64,000 nt of DNA from an uncultured delta proteobacterium (GCA_963793865.1 CAWCBP010000008.1:640001-704000), one strand, 5' to 3'. Numbered from the stretch's first letter, positions 38,173-49,535 are shown. Notes: a model not told the origin generated them from the letters alone. Numbers and translations: made by a program.

Positions 38173-39663
38173 ATGAAAACAGTCGTCATTATCGGTGCCG
38201 GCATGGGCGGCCTGGCCGCGGCGCTTCGGTTGCGGCACATGGGGTTCGATGTTACCGTTATCGAAAAGCAGAACATGCCGGGCGGGCGGAGCAACCTGCT
38301 CAAGGAACATGGCTTCCGGATTGACATCGGGCCGACCATCCTGGTGATGAAAGAAACCTTCGATGAGACCTACAGGGCCATCGGTCAGGACCTGAACCGG
38401 CGCGTCAGGTTCGTGCAGCTTGATCCCAACTACCGCATTTACTACCATGACGGAACGCACCTCGATCTGTACAACAGCATGTCCGGGCTGGCGGCTGAGT
38501 GCGAGAGGGTTGAGAAAGGCGTTACCACCCGGCTGTTCACCTTTATCGGTGAAAGCGCCCGCAAGTACGAGCTGGGCATGGAGTTTGTGGCCAGAAACTA
38601 CGACCGCATCACCGACCTCGCCAATCCCACCGCCGCGTGGCGCATGCTTCGAACCGGCGCCTATCGTAACCTTTACACCCAGGTGGGCACCTATTTCAAG
38701 ACCGACAAGCTGCGCAAGGCTTTCTCCTTTCACTCCATGTTCCTGGGGCTGTCACCCTTTGACGCGCCGGCAATGTACAGCCTCCTCACCTATGCCGACC
38801 TGGTGGAGGGAATGTTTTTTCCCATGGGCGGCATCTACAGCATTATCGAAGACATGGTGGCGCTGGCAGGAGAGATGGGTGTGACCCTGCGAACGGGAAC
38901 GCCGGTGGAGGAAATTCTGATCCGCAGGGGCAGGACGCGCGGGGTTCGTCTGGCCGGCGGTGAAGAGGTGCCGGCGGACATCGTGGTTTCCAATGCCGAT
39001 CTGGTATATACCTACAAAAGGCTGGTGCCGGCACAATTCCGAAAGCACTACCCCGACAGCAGGCTCAACCGCATGAGCTACGCCTGTTCCGGCTACATAC
39101 TCTACCTGGGCATTGACAGGGTCTATCCCCACCTGCGGCATCAGGCGATCTGCTTCGCGGAGGACTACAGGGCCAATCTTGATTCCGTCTTTCGAACCGG
39201 CACATTGCCTGAAGATCCCTCGTTCCATCTCAGCTACCCCGTGGCAACCGATCCCGGTCTTGCTCCGCCCGGGCACAGCATTCTCTACCTGCTTGCCCCC
39301 ATGCCCAATCTCCGCAGCGCGCTCGACTGGGATGAAGCCGCGCCGATAGTCCGGGAAAAGCTGCTCACGCGGCTGGAGGAACTGGTTGACCCGGACATCC
39401 GCCGCCGCGTCGTCTGGGAACGGGAGTACCGGCCGGTCGACTGGGAGAGGGATGTCAACGCGCCCTTTGGTGCGGCCTTCGGTTCTCTCGCACACTCCTT
39501 TTTTCAATCATCCTACTTCCGGCCGCACAATGTCGCTCGCGACATCCCCGGGCTCTATTTTGTGGGCCAGGCCACCTATCCCGGCATCGGCATGCCCATG
39601 GTGATGCTTTCTGCGCGGCTCCTGACGGAACGGCTGGGAAAGGACGAGGGACTGATTCCGTGA
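38173..39663 (+). CDS. crtI: Phytoene desaturase family protein (CrtI/CrtN)
   Basis: IGAGMGGLA, DIGPT, PMGG, VVSNAD, FRPHN, LYFVGQATYPG.GMP. Confidence 0.88.
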   Translation: MKTVVIIGAGMGGLAAALRLRHMGFDVTVIEKQNMPGGRSNLLKEHGFRIDIGPTILVMKETFDETYRAIGQDLNRRVRFVQLDPNYRIYYHDGTHLDLYNSMSGLAAECERVEKGVTTRLFTFIGESARKYELGMEFVARNYDRITDLANPTAAWRMLRTGAYRNLYTQVGTYFKTDKLRKAFSFHSMFLGLSPFDAPAMYSLLTYADLVEGMFFPMGGIYSIIEDMVALAGEMGVTLRTGTPVEEILIRRGRTRGVRLAGGEEVPADIVVSNADLVYTYKRLVPAQFRKHYPDSRLNRMSYACSGYILYLGIDRVYPHLRHQAICFAEDYRANLDSVFRTGTLPEDPSFHLSYPVATDPGLAPPGHSILYLLAPMPNLRSALDWDEAAPIVREKLLTRLEELVDPDIRRRVVWEREYRPVDWERDVNAPFGAAFGSLAHSFFQSSYFRPHNVARDIPGLYFVGQATYPGIGMPMVMLSARLLTERLGKDEGLIP

Positions 39664-39691
39664 CAGCATCCCGGACAGGAGGACGCACCCC

Positions 39692-40588
39692 ATGAAATAC
39701 GCCGACATCCCGCCCCTGGCTACCCCTGCGGACTACGCCGAGTGCAGGCGGGTCATGTTCGCCGCCAGCAGGAACTATTCTTTTGCCGGCCGCTTTTTCC
39801 AGCGAAAGATTCTTCACCACGTGGAGGCTCTCTATGCGTTCTTGCGTATCGGCGACGACCGGGTGGATGAGTTGCATCAGGGGTTTCAATCGCGCAGCGC
39901 CGCCATCGAAGACTGGGAGGAGACCTACCGGCAGGCATTTGTAAACCGGCAGAGCAGCCACCCGGTCATGCGGGCCTACCTGAACACGGCCCTGGAATGC
40001 GGCATTCCGCCGGAGACCATGGTTCCCTATTTCCGCTCTATGCGCGAGGACCTGACCATCACCCGCTACGAGACATTCGACAAGCTCATGCGTTATATGG
40101 AGGGCAGTGCGATTGCGGTCGGCCGCGCCATGACCCGCATCCTGGGGGTGAGACCTCCGTGCTCTTTCGAAGCGATCGTTCCCCGCGCCGACAGCCTCTC
40201 GGTGGCCATGCAGCTCAGCAACTTCCTGCGTGACGTCGGGCAGGACTGGCACAGGGGTCGCGTCTATCTTCCCGGAGAGGATCTGGCACGATTCGGAGTG
40301 ACCGAGAATGACCTTGCGGCCGGCCGGGTGACGGCAAATTTTATTGCACTGATGGAATTTGAAATTGAGCGGGCCGAGGGGTATTACCGGCATGCGGTGG
40401 ACGGGGTGCTCAGGCTGCGAAATGGCAGGTGGGGCATAATGGCCGGGTTTGAAGTCTATCGCAGCATCCATGCCTCAATCCGCCGCAGCAACTACGACGT
40501 CTTTACCCGTCATGCCGGCACCACCGGGGCAGAAAAACTGTTGCTGGCACTGCGGGCGTGGTTGCGGGTCTACGTATTGAAGAGGTAG
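39692..40588 (+). CDS. crtB: Phytoene/squalene synthase
   Basis: LYAFLR.GDDRVD, MQLSNFLRDVGQD, RGRVYLP, NYDVF. Confidence 0.9.
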   Translation: MKYADIPPLATPADYAECRRVMFAASRNYSFAGRFFQRKILHHVEALYAFLRIGDDRVDELHQGFQSRSAAIEDWEETYRQAFVNRQSSHPVMRAYLNTALECGIPPETMVPYFRSMREDLTITRYETFDKLMRYMEGSAIAVGRAMTRILGVRPPCSFEAIVPRADSLSVAMQLSNFLRDVGQDWHRGRVYLPGEDLARFGVTENDLAAGRVTANFIALMEFEIERAEGYYRHAVDGVLRLRNGRWGIMAGFEVYRSIHASIRRSNYDVFTRHAGTTGAEKLLLALRAWLRVYVLKR

Positions 40589-40630
40589 CTAAGCGGCTCA
40601 ACCGGCCCACCGTCCACCGGGATTTACATT

Positions 40631-40659
40631 TTGACAATGCTCTGTACATATATTATAAA
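40631..40659 (+). promoter_or_regulatory. sigma70-type promoter
   Basis: TTGACA, 17 nt, TATAAA, upstream of the DUF1295 gene. Confidence 0.5.
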
Positions 40660-40793
40660 GGAAAAAATGAACCAAGAGAAAAAACAAACAGAGGTGGGGA
40701 ACCCTACCGAGCGCGGGGATTATGCAGCCCTACCAGGGATTTTTCATCGATAAGAGGATCGGTTTCTCTAATTATTTATAAAGGAGGAGTGAT

Positions 40794-41588
40794 ATGATTT
40801 ACAGCCTGTACGTTGTCGCTGTCGTGATTACCGCGGTGGGGTTCTACAGATTTGTTTATTTCCTTTCCTCGGGCTACGCGTTTGCCGTTTTGGGATTGGC
40901 CGTTGCCCTGATGATCGGTTACAGCGGTTCCCTTACGGCTCCGGTTTTTATCCTGCTTTTCTTCATTGCCCTTTACGCGGCCCGGCTGGGGTTTTTTATT
41001 GTCTTCCGTGAGCTTCAGAGCGGCGCCTACCGCAAGGTTTTAGACGAGGCCTCAACCGGTTATAACAAGATCCCGTTTTTTGTTAAAATCTTCGTCTGGC
41101 TTTTTGTCAGCCTGCAGTATGTAATGCAGATGTCCCCTGTCTTCTTCAGATTGAAGAACGGAATGCAGGCAGCGCACCCGGGATGGCTGTATGCAGGTAT
41201 TATTCTGGTTGCCGGTGGATTTATCATGCAGACCGTTGCCGACAGGCAAAAGGACGCGGCGAAAAAAGTGAACCCCAAGACATTTTGCAGAGAGGGGCTT
41301 TTCAAAATGGTGCGCTGTCCCAATTATTTCGGAGAAATCCTGGTCTGGACCGGTGTTCTGGCGTCATCGCTTCCCTGCCTGACCGGATGGTTCCAGGTTG
41401 TTTTTGCGCTTGTGGGTTACATGCTCATCGTCTATGTCATGTTCGGTTCAACGCGCAGAATTGAACTACGCCAGAACAAAAATTACGGATCGGATCCAGC
41501 CTACCAGGCGTACGTGAAGAAGACGCCGGTGCTGATCCCTTTCATCCCCATTTATTCCGTTGTGCCGTATAAGTGGATTAAAGGCTGA
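40794..41588 (+). CDS. DUF1295 / steroid 5-alpha-reductase-like membrane protein
   Basis: ADRQK, GLF..VRCPNYFGE..W, Y..Y...TP.LIP. Confidence 0.85.
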   Translation: MIYSLYVVAVVITAVGFYRFVYFLSSGYAFAVLGLAVALMIGYSGSLTAPVFILLFFIALYAARLGFFIVFRELQSGAYRKVLDEASTGYNKIPFFVKIFVWLFVSLQYVMQMSPVFFRLKNGMQAAHPGWLYAGIILVAGGFIMQTVADRQKDAAKKVNPKTFCREGLFKMVRCPNYFGEILVWTGVLASSLPCLTGWFQVVFALVGYMLIVYVMFGSTRRIELRQNKNYGSDPAYQAYVKKTPVLIPFIPIYSVVPYKWIKG

Positions 41589-41703
41589 TCAGCAGCAGGC
41601 AAGCCGCTCTGTAGGGGCAGGCCCCTCTGTGCCTGCCCTTATGATTAGTGTTGGCTGTGGTCTGCTTCTTTTCTTCTTTTGCTTCGTGGTTACATGTAGT
41701 GCT

Positions 41704-42285
41704 TTAGCGGTTGGTCAATTTATCCAGAAACTCCGTTACTACCATTTCATCTGATATGACATCGCTGGTTAAGAATCCCTTTTTCACCTTTTCCTGCATC
41801 TCATCAATAAATTTCCGGTAGCCTACCTCCTGTATTCGCTCGAGATTTTTAAGGTTCCAGCCGGCATACCGTCTGGTTATCATCTCGAGGATGGCAGGCG
41901 CGCTCATCGGGTCTCCGCCTTTTTCCTTTTCATTCGCGGCGCACGGCAGCCTGTCGCATTCAGCGCACGTGAGGTATCCTTTTTCCCCGGTGCAGGTTTT
42001 CATGGGGCAGCCGGGGTTCCCGCCGCCGGCCAGGCAGCCGGGGCATTTCCTGGCCTCAGCCAATTGTTTAAGAATGGTTAAAAAATCTTTCATTTTTTCC
42101 TGCTCAAGGCCAAGAACAATGGGAGCCACATCCCTGATGTTAAATCCATCGATAATCCTGTGAAGCTCCCTGGCCAGTTCTTTACTCCTGCCCAGAAATG
42201 GGTCACATGCCCCGCAATAGATTCCGCAGGGGGCAATCAGCCTGGTTTCTTCTTTTGTTATTTTCTCTTTGTCGAGCGGTTTCAG
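41704..42285 (-). CDS. DUF3795-like Cys-rich metal-binding protein with an apparent CTG start
   Basis: The frame stays open upstream of the track ORF: LKPLDKEKITKEETRLIAPCGIYCGACD..CPGC..C..C..CAEC..PC. RBS AAGGGAG lies 6 nt before CTG. Confidence 0.75.
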   Translation of the reverse strand: MKPLDKEKITKEETRLIAPCGIYCGACDPFLGRSKELARELHRIIDGFNIRDVAPIVLGLEQEKMKDFLTILKQLAEARKCPGCLAGGGNPGCPMKTCTGEKGYLTCAECDRLPCAANEKEKGGDPMSAPAILEMITRRYAGWNLKNLERIQEVGYRKFIDEMQEKVKKGFLTSDVISDEMVVTEFLDKLTNR

Positions 42286-42367
42286 ATCTATCTCCCTTTT
42301 GTGCGGTCGCCTGTGCGAAACGCACCTCCGGCATCATTCCGGTAACAGTTTGGCGCCGGCCGTCTTT

Positions 42368-42775
42368 TCAAAAAGGATAGGGATTCCAATTATCGTCACT
42401 CTTGATGAGCAGGCTGAAATCCTTTTCGTCCGTTATCAGGAAGCCGATCCCCACCACGGGGAAGGCGATGCCGTCAAAGCCCATGTCGATGACATCACTT
42501 GATACTTCCCACTTGAAAAAGCTTACGATATAGAAGTCGCTGTATTCTGAATACGGCAACGGCAGGCACAGGAAGGAAATCGCATCGTTACACGCATAGA
42601 TGTTGTCTTCATAAAATCCGATGCGGTCTGCGCCCTCGATAATCTCATCCTGCAACTCCCACAACGTTTCCTCCAGGGTGAAAAAATTAGCAGGTTTGAC
42701 TTCAGCATGCACAGGGAAGGACAGCACAAAAAACATACCCATAACAGCGCAGGTCATTAACAGCTTTCTTGTCAT
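42368..42775 (-). CDS. Secreted hypothetical protein
   Basis: RBS AAGGAGG; signal peptide ending VHA/E. Confidence 0.65.
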   Translation of the reverse strand: MTRKLLMTCAVMGMFFVLSFPVHAEVKPANFFTLEETLWELQDEIIEGADRIGFYEDNIYACNDAISFLCLPLPYSEYSDFYIVSFFKWEVSSDVIDMGFDGIAFPVVGIGFLITDEKDFSLLIKSDDNWNPYPF

Positions 42776-43015
42776 TTTATTTTCCTCCTTTCCATTGTGG
42801 TGTGCAGCAGCTTGGCCCGTCCCTTTTCTTCTCTGATGATGAACACTGTTTCATCACGCATAATCTTCAGGGGACGCGAGACCAATACTCATATAGATAA
42901 AAACAAAACCCGGGGTAAAAATCAAGGCAAATCATGGACCGTTGATTTCTTCGTGCTCTCCTTCTTTTCTCTTCGTGTGCTTCGTGGTTGGGTGTTCAGG
43001 AGAGAGGGGCATGCT

Positions 43016-45570
43016 TTAATCTGCAGGCTGCGCCAACGGCAGGTCCAGAAAAATCTTTGTTCCGTGGCGGGGCATTGACTCAACCCTGATTGAACCTCCC
43101 AGGTGCTGAAAACGCTCCTGGATGCTGAAAATTCCGAATCCCCCTCCTTCCGTGCTCACATGGAACCCGTCGGGATTCACCAGAAATCCCCTGCCGTCAT
43201 CTTCAACCAGGACGTGGACAACCCGGTCATGCTTGCGAAGTGAAACCGTTGCCGTCTTTGCCTGCGCGTACTTCACAATGTTTATCAGCAGCTCGCGAAT
43301 GCTCTGGTAGAGAAGGATGCGCACATCATCATCATAGCTGCCCGTCTCATCATCCCATTGCAGATGCGTTCTGACGCCATACTGCTTCTGAATATCCTCA
43401 AGCAGCCACTCCAGGGCCTTGCGTAAGCCGAACTCGTAGAGAAACGGGGGGACAGATCAAACATGAGCGAACGCGTGTCATGAATGCATTGTTCCAGGAG
43501 TGACCGGATGGCTGCCAGATTTGCATTTTCTCCATGTAAAGATAGTTCAGCCCCCAGCGCCCCCAGCTTGATCTTGGCAAGAGCGAGGGACTGGCTGATG
43601 CGGTCATGGATTTCCGTAGCAATGTGCCTCCTCCCCTGCTCTTCGGCAAGAGTTAATTGTGATGCCAGGCTTCGCAGCTGATTCTGATAGTCATAGAGCT
43701 TTTTATCTGCAGCCTTGTGCTCGGTGATATCCCGTGCGCATGCCACCAATCCGGTAACCCTGCCCGTGGCATCCCTTAAGGCTCCTATGCTCACTCCCAG
43801 GTCAATTATCTGCCCGTCCTTCTTCATCCAATGGTGCTCGTACGAGCATACAGCCTTCTTGCCCGACGCCACTTCCTCCAGGAGCCTATCACGTTCATCC
43901 CACTCACTTCGGGGAATAAAATCGTGTGTTCTTCTCCCCACAAGCTCTTCTTTCGAATAACCGAGTATCCGTTCCGCGGCCTCATTCATCATGGTGATGG
44001 TAGTCAGGGTATCGGCAACAACAATGCCGTCCGCCGAGGTTCTGATAACATCCTCCATGAAATTTCTGGTATCGAGGATAGTCTTTTCCGCCTTTTTCCT
44101 CTCGCTTATATCCCGGCATATGGCGACCACAGCCATGCGGTCGCCTTTCTTATCACATATATAGAACATGGTTTGCTCCACTGGAATCAGCAGCCTGTTT
44201 TTGCTGAGGAAGTAGAATTCAACACTGGTAACACTTCCTTCTTCAATCATCCTGCCCATTGTCTCATATGTTTTGCTGTAAAAACTTTCGTCTATCTCTA
44301 TGGTGCTGCCGGTAGTGGACTCATAGAGTCCCGGCTCGGGAGGGAAAAGTTCTCCCAAATGTTTTCCGACGAGCTCCGCCGGATCATAACCGACAAGTTG
44401 AACAAATGCCTTATTGACCCTGGCAATATGTGCCAGACGATTGCCGATGACGATGGGATCAAGGGAGCTCTCAATAATGCTGTCGAGAAAGTTCATTGTT
44501 TCCTGCATCGCTTCCTCGGCACGCTTGCGCTCGGTTGCGTCAGTGATGAGCACATAACCGGTATGCCTTCTTTCATCGCTATAACCGAACGAAAAGCGCA
44601 GGTTTACGCAGCATTGCGTGCCGTCTTTACGGGATATCCAGGTATCAACCTCTTCGGGATAAACACCGGTATTGCGGGTTTCCTGAAGAACCTGATCCTT
44701 ATGGTACATATCTTCAGGGGCGGTCAGGTCCGGCCCCCAGAGAGAGATGAGCTCCTCCCGGGGATACCCGCAAATGCGGCAGGCCTGATCATTGACATAG
44801 ACTATCTTCCCGTCTTCCACAATGATGAGACCGTTGGTTATGTTCTCAGCCATGCGTCTAAAGCGTGCCTCACTTGCCTCCAGCGCCCGCTCCGCCTTTT
44901 TTTTGTCGGTAATGTCACGGGCGACAGCAACAATCAGGACAACTTTTCCGTCTTTACAGATTGAGGCATTCCTCATCTCCGCAATTATGAGGGTTCCATC
45001 TTTGGCCACCAGTTCATATTCTGCTGATTCGACGGCCTCTCCATTAAAAATACGCATGGTGTCGGTTACTGCCCGGGCGAGAGACTCTTCTGTCAGCAGC
45101 CCCAGCTCAGTAAATGGTTTGCCGATCAGCTCTTCCGGCAGATAGCCTAAAAACCTCTTCACCGATGCAGACACGGACACAATTCTGAAATCTGTGTCCA
45201 GGGAATAAATAACGTCGGCAGCATACTCAAAATTCAAGAGGTAGTGCTGCATGCGCTGCATTACTGTTTCATCCCCACCCATTTGAGTGCCTCTCTGTAT
45301 CAGCGCCCGCTGCTCAAGCTCGTGTTCCGCGGCGAAGGAGAGGCGGGCGGCAAGCAGCGCTGCTTCTTTATTCCCGCTGACCCAGCCAATGATGGTTCCG
45401 TCGCACTCGACAGGATATGACTCCTGCCGGCCTTCCGTTTCCTTGCCGAAGAGGAGGTTAAAATCTTTATCTTTTACAGCAAAGGAACTGTCAAAGGTTT
45501 CTGCAAAGCGGGAAATGATGGAAGAAACTTCCGGCATCGCGATAATCCTTTCAAGACCTGTCATTTCCAT
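43016..45570 (-). CDS. Soluble multi-PAS histidine kinase (HisKA_3 + HATPase_c), frameshift near 43448
   Basis: Four PAS/PAC repeats; RHIATEIHD..SQ; the second ORF has ELLINIVKYA, EDDGRGF, GFGI. One added C in the C-run restores DLSPPFLYE. Confidence 0.88.
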
Positions 45571-45940
45571 GGCATCATCCGTGCATTTAAATGATCTGCA
45601 TTCAACCTGCGGGGTGTAACAAATTACGTTTTAACAAACAGGGAATGCCTCTATCAAAACAAAGAACCCCGCCTTCTCTTAGACCTTCTGCGTCTAATGA
45701 AAAACGAGGATATGTTCGCTATCGGTTTTCACCGTTCCCCTCCGGCCTGTATAATTCTTGTATACTTAAAGCACAGTCAGAGGACAAATTCAAGGCATTT
45801 TCAGCCCGGCTGTTTTTCCCTTTGCCGGCAGGATATTTCATGGTATTGATCACCATGCAGACGTCAACTTGACATGCTGATTGTGAGAATTGAGGAGGGA
45901 TTAAGGGGCCTGGGGGTATCTCAGCAAGGAATCATGAAGA

Positions 45941-46201
45941 ATGGATTGGAATGTCTATCTGGTTAGATGCGCCGATAATACTTTGTACTGCGGGATTACC
46001 AAAGACATAGCAAGCCGCATTCAGAAGCACAATGCCGGGAAGGGGGCAAAATATACCAAATCCCGCCGGCCGGTTACGCTCATGGCCGCGCGCAGCGGAC
46101 TGTCGAGAACTGATGCCCTCAAACTCGAGCGCTCCATTAAACGAAAGCCTGCGGGAGAAAAGATAGCGGCGTTGGGGCCTGCTTCTGCCGTGAACCGTTG
46201 A
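45941..46201 (+). CDS. Small GIY-YIG nuclease (UPF0213/YhbQ-like)
   Basis: VYLVRCAD.TLYCGIT....R...HN.GKGAKYT..RRP. Confidence 0.92.
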   Translation: MDWNVYLVRCADNTLYCGITKDIASRIQKHNAGKGAKYTKSRRPVTLMAARSGLSRTDALKLERSIKRKPAGEKIAALGPASAVNR

Positions 46202-46370
46202 CGGACATCCCCCGCCTGTCCGCCCTCTTAGTTGCATTTTCCTCTCACAAAGAGTAGCCGGTTTGCCGATAAGCTACTGGAAAAATTGCCGGCAGTCCAT
46301 CAAGTGAGCAGGCCGGAAATGCTGAGCTCGGAAAGTACCGGCGGAAAACCGGATCGGGGAGGTATGGATT

Positions 46371-46877
46371 ATGCTCTGCAAGAAAGCGGTAGCCATTGTC
46401 ACCATCCTGTTCGCATGTTGTGCCTGTGATCTACAGATACCGGAAGAGCTGCGGCCGATAGAAGGCGTATGGGATCTGAATACGTTTGGGTTTCCCCCCG
46501 CTACAACCATCAGTTCCGTGGGGGAACGGTGGATACTCTCGACACTTGGGTCAGCCGACATCGATGACGCGGAGGTTGAGTGCCTGTACGCCCGGGATTA
46601 CATAGAAGCATCCAACCCCTATACCGGGTTTGTGTACGACACCATTTATTATTATGGCGGCATGGTTAAAAACCTTCCCGCTGCCTATCAGAATGAGGCC
46701 GGCGGCTACCAGTGGTTTGTGCGCAGCGATGAATATATACGCGTGGATGAATTTGATAAGGACCCCATTGCGGTCACGCATACCAAATGGTATTTCAACT
46801 TTGTGACTGAGAATACGGTGCGCGGAATTGTTCAGAACAATGAAGGCGGATGGAGCGACTTTGAAGGAACGAAGTGA
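46371..46877 (+). CDS. Hypothetical lipoprotein
   Basis: RBS GGAGG; signal peptide with CCA-C; beta-rich with GVW. Confidence 0.6.
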   Translation: MLCKKAVAIVTILFACCACDLQIPEELRPIEGVWDLNTFGFPPATTISSVGERWILSTLGSADIDDAEVECLYARDYIEASNPYTGFVYDTIYYYGGMVKNLPAAYQNEAGGYQWFVRSDEYIRVDEFDKDPIAVTHTKWYFNFVTENTVRGIVQNNEGGWSDFEGTK

Positions 46878-46894
46878 TGTGCGATGGGGGATAG

Positions 46895-47080
46895 AGCAGT
46901 CCTTGGTCAACGGTCCACGGTGGGTGAGCAACCCCGCAAACTGCGAGCTGTCAACCGTCAACTGCTCTTTTGTTCTGCACCCTGTCCCTGCACCCTGAAC
47001 CCTGAACCCTGTCCCCCGTATTCCGGTATTCCATCCCTCCACTGTTCCATTACTCATTCCTTCCAGCACTCCCATTCCCC
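46895..47080. repeat. Composite short-period repeat element
   Basis: GTCNACG, CCCTG(A/C)A and TACTCCA-type modules. 46925-47005 aligns with 51611-51675. Confidence 0.7.
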
Positions 47081-47177
47081 CTTTGTTTTATTATCCTTTT
47101 AAGCACATTTGTGTTAGAGAATAGCCGGGATGTAATAACGTGCCTGTAAGAAACCACACCAATCTATCAAGCATACC

Positions 47178-49349
47178 ATGAACCAGGCGCACATAACAAA
47201 AATTGCCAATGAATTGAAGCTGCGCGAAAAACAGGTCATAGCATCCGCTCAGTTGCTTGAAGAAGATGCCACCATTCCTTTCATTGCACGGTACAGAAAG
47301 GAAGCGACCGGCAGTCTGGATGAAATTGCCATTACTGCCATTCGCGACAGATTACATCAGCTTCAGGAGCTTGATAAGCGTCGCGAATCAATACTGAAAT
47401 CGCTGGACGAACGAGACCTGCTGACGGATGAACTCAAAGATAAAATCATGGCTGCGGAAAGCATGCCCGTCCTTGAGGACCTGTATCTTCCATTCAGACC
47501 AAAACGCCGGACGCGGGCGGCCATCGCCAGAGAAAAAGGGCTGGAGCCTCTTGCGCAACTCATCATTGAGCAAGGTCACATAGATCCATTATCAGAAGCG
47601 CACAAATTCATTTCTGCGGACAAAGGAGTTGAAACTGCTGATGATGCCCTTCAGGGGGCACGGGACATCATTGCTGAATGGGTTAATGAAGACCGGGCTG
47701 CGCGAGCTGCTGTCAGGAAACTTTTTGAAGAAAAAGGCGCCGTCAGATCACGGGTTTCACCGGGGAAGGAGGAAGCGGCGGTAAAGTACAGGGACTACTA
47801 TGAGTGGGAAGAGGCGATTGCTAAAATCCCGTCCCATAGACTGCTTGCCATGATGCGGGGTGAAAATGAAGCATTATTGACACTCCACATCCTCCCGGAA
47901 GAGAAGCAGGCGCTGGAGGTGCTTGAAAAGCAATTTGTAAAAAACAGCAGCCCGGCCGCTGAACAGGTAAAAATGGCTGTGCATGACAGCTATAAGAGAC
48001 TGCTCTCTTCCTCCCTGGAAAATGAATTGCGGGCTTCCTCGAAGCAAAAAGCTGATGAAGAAGCAATCAGGGTGTTTGCGGAAAATCTTCGCCAGCTCTT
48101 ACTTTCACCCCCTCTGGGACAGAAAAGAATCATGGGCATTGACCCGGGATATCGCACCGGGTGCAAAGTAGTGTGCCTGGACAGCCAGGGCAAGCTTCTG
48201 CACAATGATACCATTTACCCTCACGCGCCTCAAAACCGGAAGGATACGGCAGCTGAGATCATCCGCACACTGTATAAAAAATGTGCTGTCGAGGTAATCG
48301 CCATAGGTGACGGTACCGCGGGGCGGGAAACCTATGACTTTGTGATATCCCTCAAGCTGAGCGGCGACGGCACGGTAGTGATGGTTGATGAGGACGGGGC
48401 ATCGGTTTACTCGGCCTCAAAGGCAGCCCAGGAGGAATTTCCGGCCTATGATTTGACGGTGCGGGGCGCAGTCTCAATCGGCAGAAGACTCATGGACCCG
48501 CTTGCCGAGCTGGTTAAAATTGAGCCCAAGTCCATAGGCGTCGGACAGTACCAGCACGATGTGGATCAAAAACTTTTAAAGGAAAAGCTTGATGATGTGG
48601 TGATGAGCTGCGTCAACATGGTCGGGGTAGAGCTTAATACCGCAAGCAGAGAGCTTCTCTCCTATGTTTCCGGACTGAGCCCGAAGCGCGCTCAAAATAT
48701 TATAGACTACAGAAATGAACATGGCCCTTTTACATCCAGGGAGAAGCTCAATGCAGTGCCGGGCCTCGGGCCGAAGGCCTTTGAACAGTCGGCAGGCTTC
48801 CTCCGCATCAGGGACGGGCAGAACCCTCTTGATGCCAGCGCGGTTCACCCCGAGAGCTACCACATTGTAGAGAAAATGGCACAAGACCTTGCGTCCTCGG
48901 TAACAGACCTCCTGCGGGACGAGGATTTACGAAAGAAGATCGACCCGAATAAATATGTGACCGGTACAGCAGGGCTGCCCACCTTGCATGACATCATGTC
49001 GGAGCTCTCCAAACCGGGCCGTGATCCCAGGGATACATTTACGGCATTCAGCTTTGCGGAGGGCATACACAGCATGGAGGACCTTACAGTCGGCATGAAG
49101 CTGCCCGGTATGGTGACCAACATAACCAACTTTGGCGCCTTTGTGGATATCGGAGTACATCAGGACGGACTTGTTCATATAAGCGAACTTGCGGATAGAT
49201 TTGTAAAGAATCCCGCCGAAGTGGTTAAGCTGCATCAAAAGGTGGAGGTAACCGTAACCGGTGTCGATAGTGCAAGGAAAAGAATCAGCCTGTCCATGAA
49301 GAGCAAACCGGGGACACATAAAGTGACGGGCAGCGACCGCAGGGTGTGA
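47178..49349 (+). CDS. tex: Tex RNA-binding transcriptional accessory protein
   Basis: TIPFIARYRKE.TG.LDE, DPGYRTGCK, ASVYSAS, GVGQYQHD, C-terminal S1 domain. Confidence 0.97.
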   Translation: MNQAHITKIANELKLREKQVIASAQLLEEDATIPFIARYRKEATGSLDEIAITAIRDRLHQLQELDKRRESILKSLDERDLLTDELKDKIMAAESMPVLEDLYLPFRPKRRTRAAIAREKGLEPLAQLIIEQGHIDPLSEAHKFISADKGVETADDALQGARDIIAEWVNEDRAARAAVRKLFEEKGAVRSRVSPGKEEAAVKYRDYYEWEEAIAKIPSHRLLAMMRGENEALLTLHILPEEKQALEVLEKQFVKNSSPAAEQVKMAVHDSYKRLLSSSLENELRASSKQKADEEAIRVFAENLRQLLLSPPLGQKRIMGIDPGYRTGCKVVCLDSQGKLLHNDTIYPHAPQNRKDTAAEIIRTLYKKCAVEVIAIGDGTAGRETYDFVISLKLSGDGTVVMVDEDGASVYSASKAAQEEFPAYDLTVRGAVSIGRRLMDPLAELVKIEPKSIGVGQYQHDVDQKLLKEKLDDVVMSCVNMVGVELNTASRELLSYVSGLSPKRAQNIIDYRNEHGPFTSREKLNAVPGLGPKAFEQSAGFLRIRDGQNPLDASAVHPESYHIVEKMAQDLASSVTDLLRDEDLRKKIDPNKYVTGTAGLPTLHDIMSELSKPGRDPRDTFTAFSFAEGIHSMEDLTVGMKLPGMVTNITNFGAFVDIGVHQDGLVHISELADRFVKNPAEVVKLHQKVEVTVTGVDSARKRISLSMKSKPGTHKVTGSDRRV

Positions 49350-49458
49350 ACTCAGCTTGGAATGCACCCTTGCGCCTGACGTGTGAGGGCTTCATTCGCC
49401 CCGCGTTTCACATGCGACTGATTTCACGCCATTCATTCCAGGGCATGCGACAGGCAGG

Positions 49459-49492
49459 AAAAAGGCAGGAGCCGAATTGATCTCCTGCCTTT
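49459..49492 (-). terminator. Terminator between convergent tex and hesB-like genes
   Basis: AAAAAGGCAGGAG..CTCCTGCCTTT. Confidence 0.65.
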
Positions 49493-49535
49493 AGACTATC
49501 GTGCCATTTTCAGTCGGTAACGGTTTATGATTCTG

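Noticed and set aside
43440..43455. Programmed frameshifting or phase variation in the kinase (also 872, 7938, 56155)
   Set aside because: Single-base losses in short homopolymers across unrelated genes are better explained by long-read error.
45941..46201. GIY-YIG gene as a homing or mobile endonuclease
   Set aside because: It matches the small housekeeping UPF0213 type, with no intron and no flanking inverted repeats.
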